Assembly: GCF_000143415.4 (NCBI RefSeq)
Contig: NW_003314270.1
Span: 2,883,668-2,947,667 of the forward strand
Direction of reading: 5' to 3'
Length of the DNA stretch: 64,000 bases
Source of the DNA: Selaginella moellendorffii
Lineage: Eukaryota > Plantae > Lycopodiophyta
A program made the position numbers and the translations under genes. The notes under the pieces are model-generated. The model saw only the letters and a program-made list of their open reading frames with translations, ran no database searches and was not told where the DNA came from. This document shows positions 63,150 through 64,000 of the stretch, one piece after another (the stretch's first letter is position 1; every line of letters starts with the position of its first letter).

Positions 63150-64000
63150 AATTTCAAATATGTAGCACAAGATGGCCTGCGTTGCTAAACCGGACTCCTC
63201 AGCAGCCATGGCTTGGTCCAGTACCCACTTTGCCAGCCCCCAAAACTCCTCAACATCCTTCAGGTTCTCGGGTCCATGCTGCTGAGACATAGAGAAGAAA
63301 CGCCATGGGAAACAGGGAGCCGATGAACCATAGCGTGACCATGGTGACCAAATTGTTCAAAGGAATGTACTGAACGTTGATCAAAAAGTTAACTTGTTGC
63401 ATTGAGAATCATACACTTCTCTATGCAAAATGTGGAAGCCTGGACTCGTACTCAACGAAAGGAAAAAGATTGTTGGAAACCAAACTAGAAAGGAAACATC
63501 TACTGATCAAAACGAAAATACTGTCCAGCCGCACCATGACAAGCTTTCCTCCCCAGACTACCAGATTAGAACGGTTAAGATGTGCAGCCGGATGAAATGA
63601 AAATACCAGATAGGCACCAGAAATGGCTCTTCCAGGAGCTCTTGAATCTGATTTAAGTCCGGGCCGCCACCCTCTAGTTTCTGCAGCAGAAGATAGATCC
63701 TGTCGTCATCGTCCAGTGTAAGTAGCCTTACGGAGTTATCTTCTGGAAGCTCCAAATAGTCCCAGGTTAAATCCCAAAATCCTAATTTAAACGTCAATGG
63801 CTGAAAGCAAGACGTAGATGTTCTTGTAGTTCTTGGGGGACGGGTCACTGATGCCGCATTTCTTGGCCTCCACTTCCAGCAATTCTCTCGTCTTCAGTCT
63901 CTTGTAGAGTGCCCATTTCCGAGGAGGCAAGCTCTTTAGAAGTTGGCGATAGCTGTGCTCTTGCATGGCTTTGGCCTTCTTCCTCCGTTCCATTTCCCTC
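63150..64000 (-). other. Unidentified multi-exon gene or pseudogene fragment running off the window
   Basis: Coding-like segments (RKWALYKRLKTRELLE..., WDYLELPEDNSVRLL..., QHGPENLKDVEEFWGLAKW...) separated by intron-like stretches; no family recognised. Confidence 0.35.

Overview
Eukaryotic plant nuclear DNA, most likely a lycophyte such as Selaginella. This is inferred from the very short introns (41-95 nt), PLS-class PPR expansion and gene-dense blocks alternating with AT-rich transposon-derived blocks; there is one 100-N gap. Left block (0.5-19.5 kb): intact PLS-E PPR gene, TBL/PC-esterase fragment, PPR pseudogene, GT17 glycosyltransferase, a GH1 beta-glucosidase disabled by a 75-bp micro-inversion over its catalytic ITENG motif, a decayed plus an intact BURP gene, and PA200 (proteasome activator subunit 4). 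A copy of the PA200 terminal exon lies 1.7 kb downstream and changes the C-terminus from YFA to YCV. Middle block (21-51 kb): a ~9-10 kb direct segmental duplication (PPR pseudogene, PPR gene, 2OG-Fe(II) dioxygenase). Copy A is degenerate and copy B intact; they are separated by a three-level nest of LTR retrotransposons (family X LTR > chromodomain Ty3/gypsy Y > family X). Right block: a long regulatory region, an NPH3/RPT2-like BTB gene, a 6.2-kb TIR element with an apparent 5-bp TSD and a decayed unidentified multi-exon gene, and an unidentified gene fragment at the edge. I found no clearly new multi-gene system. The most notable signals are the recurrent micro-inversions, the duplicated PA200 last exon, B-box/T-arm mini-elements upstream of two genes, and the unusual TSD lengths. 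All alignments and identity estimates were made by eye.
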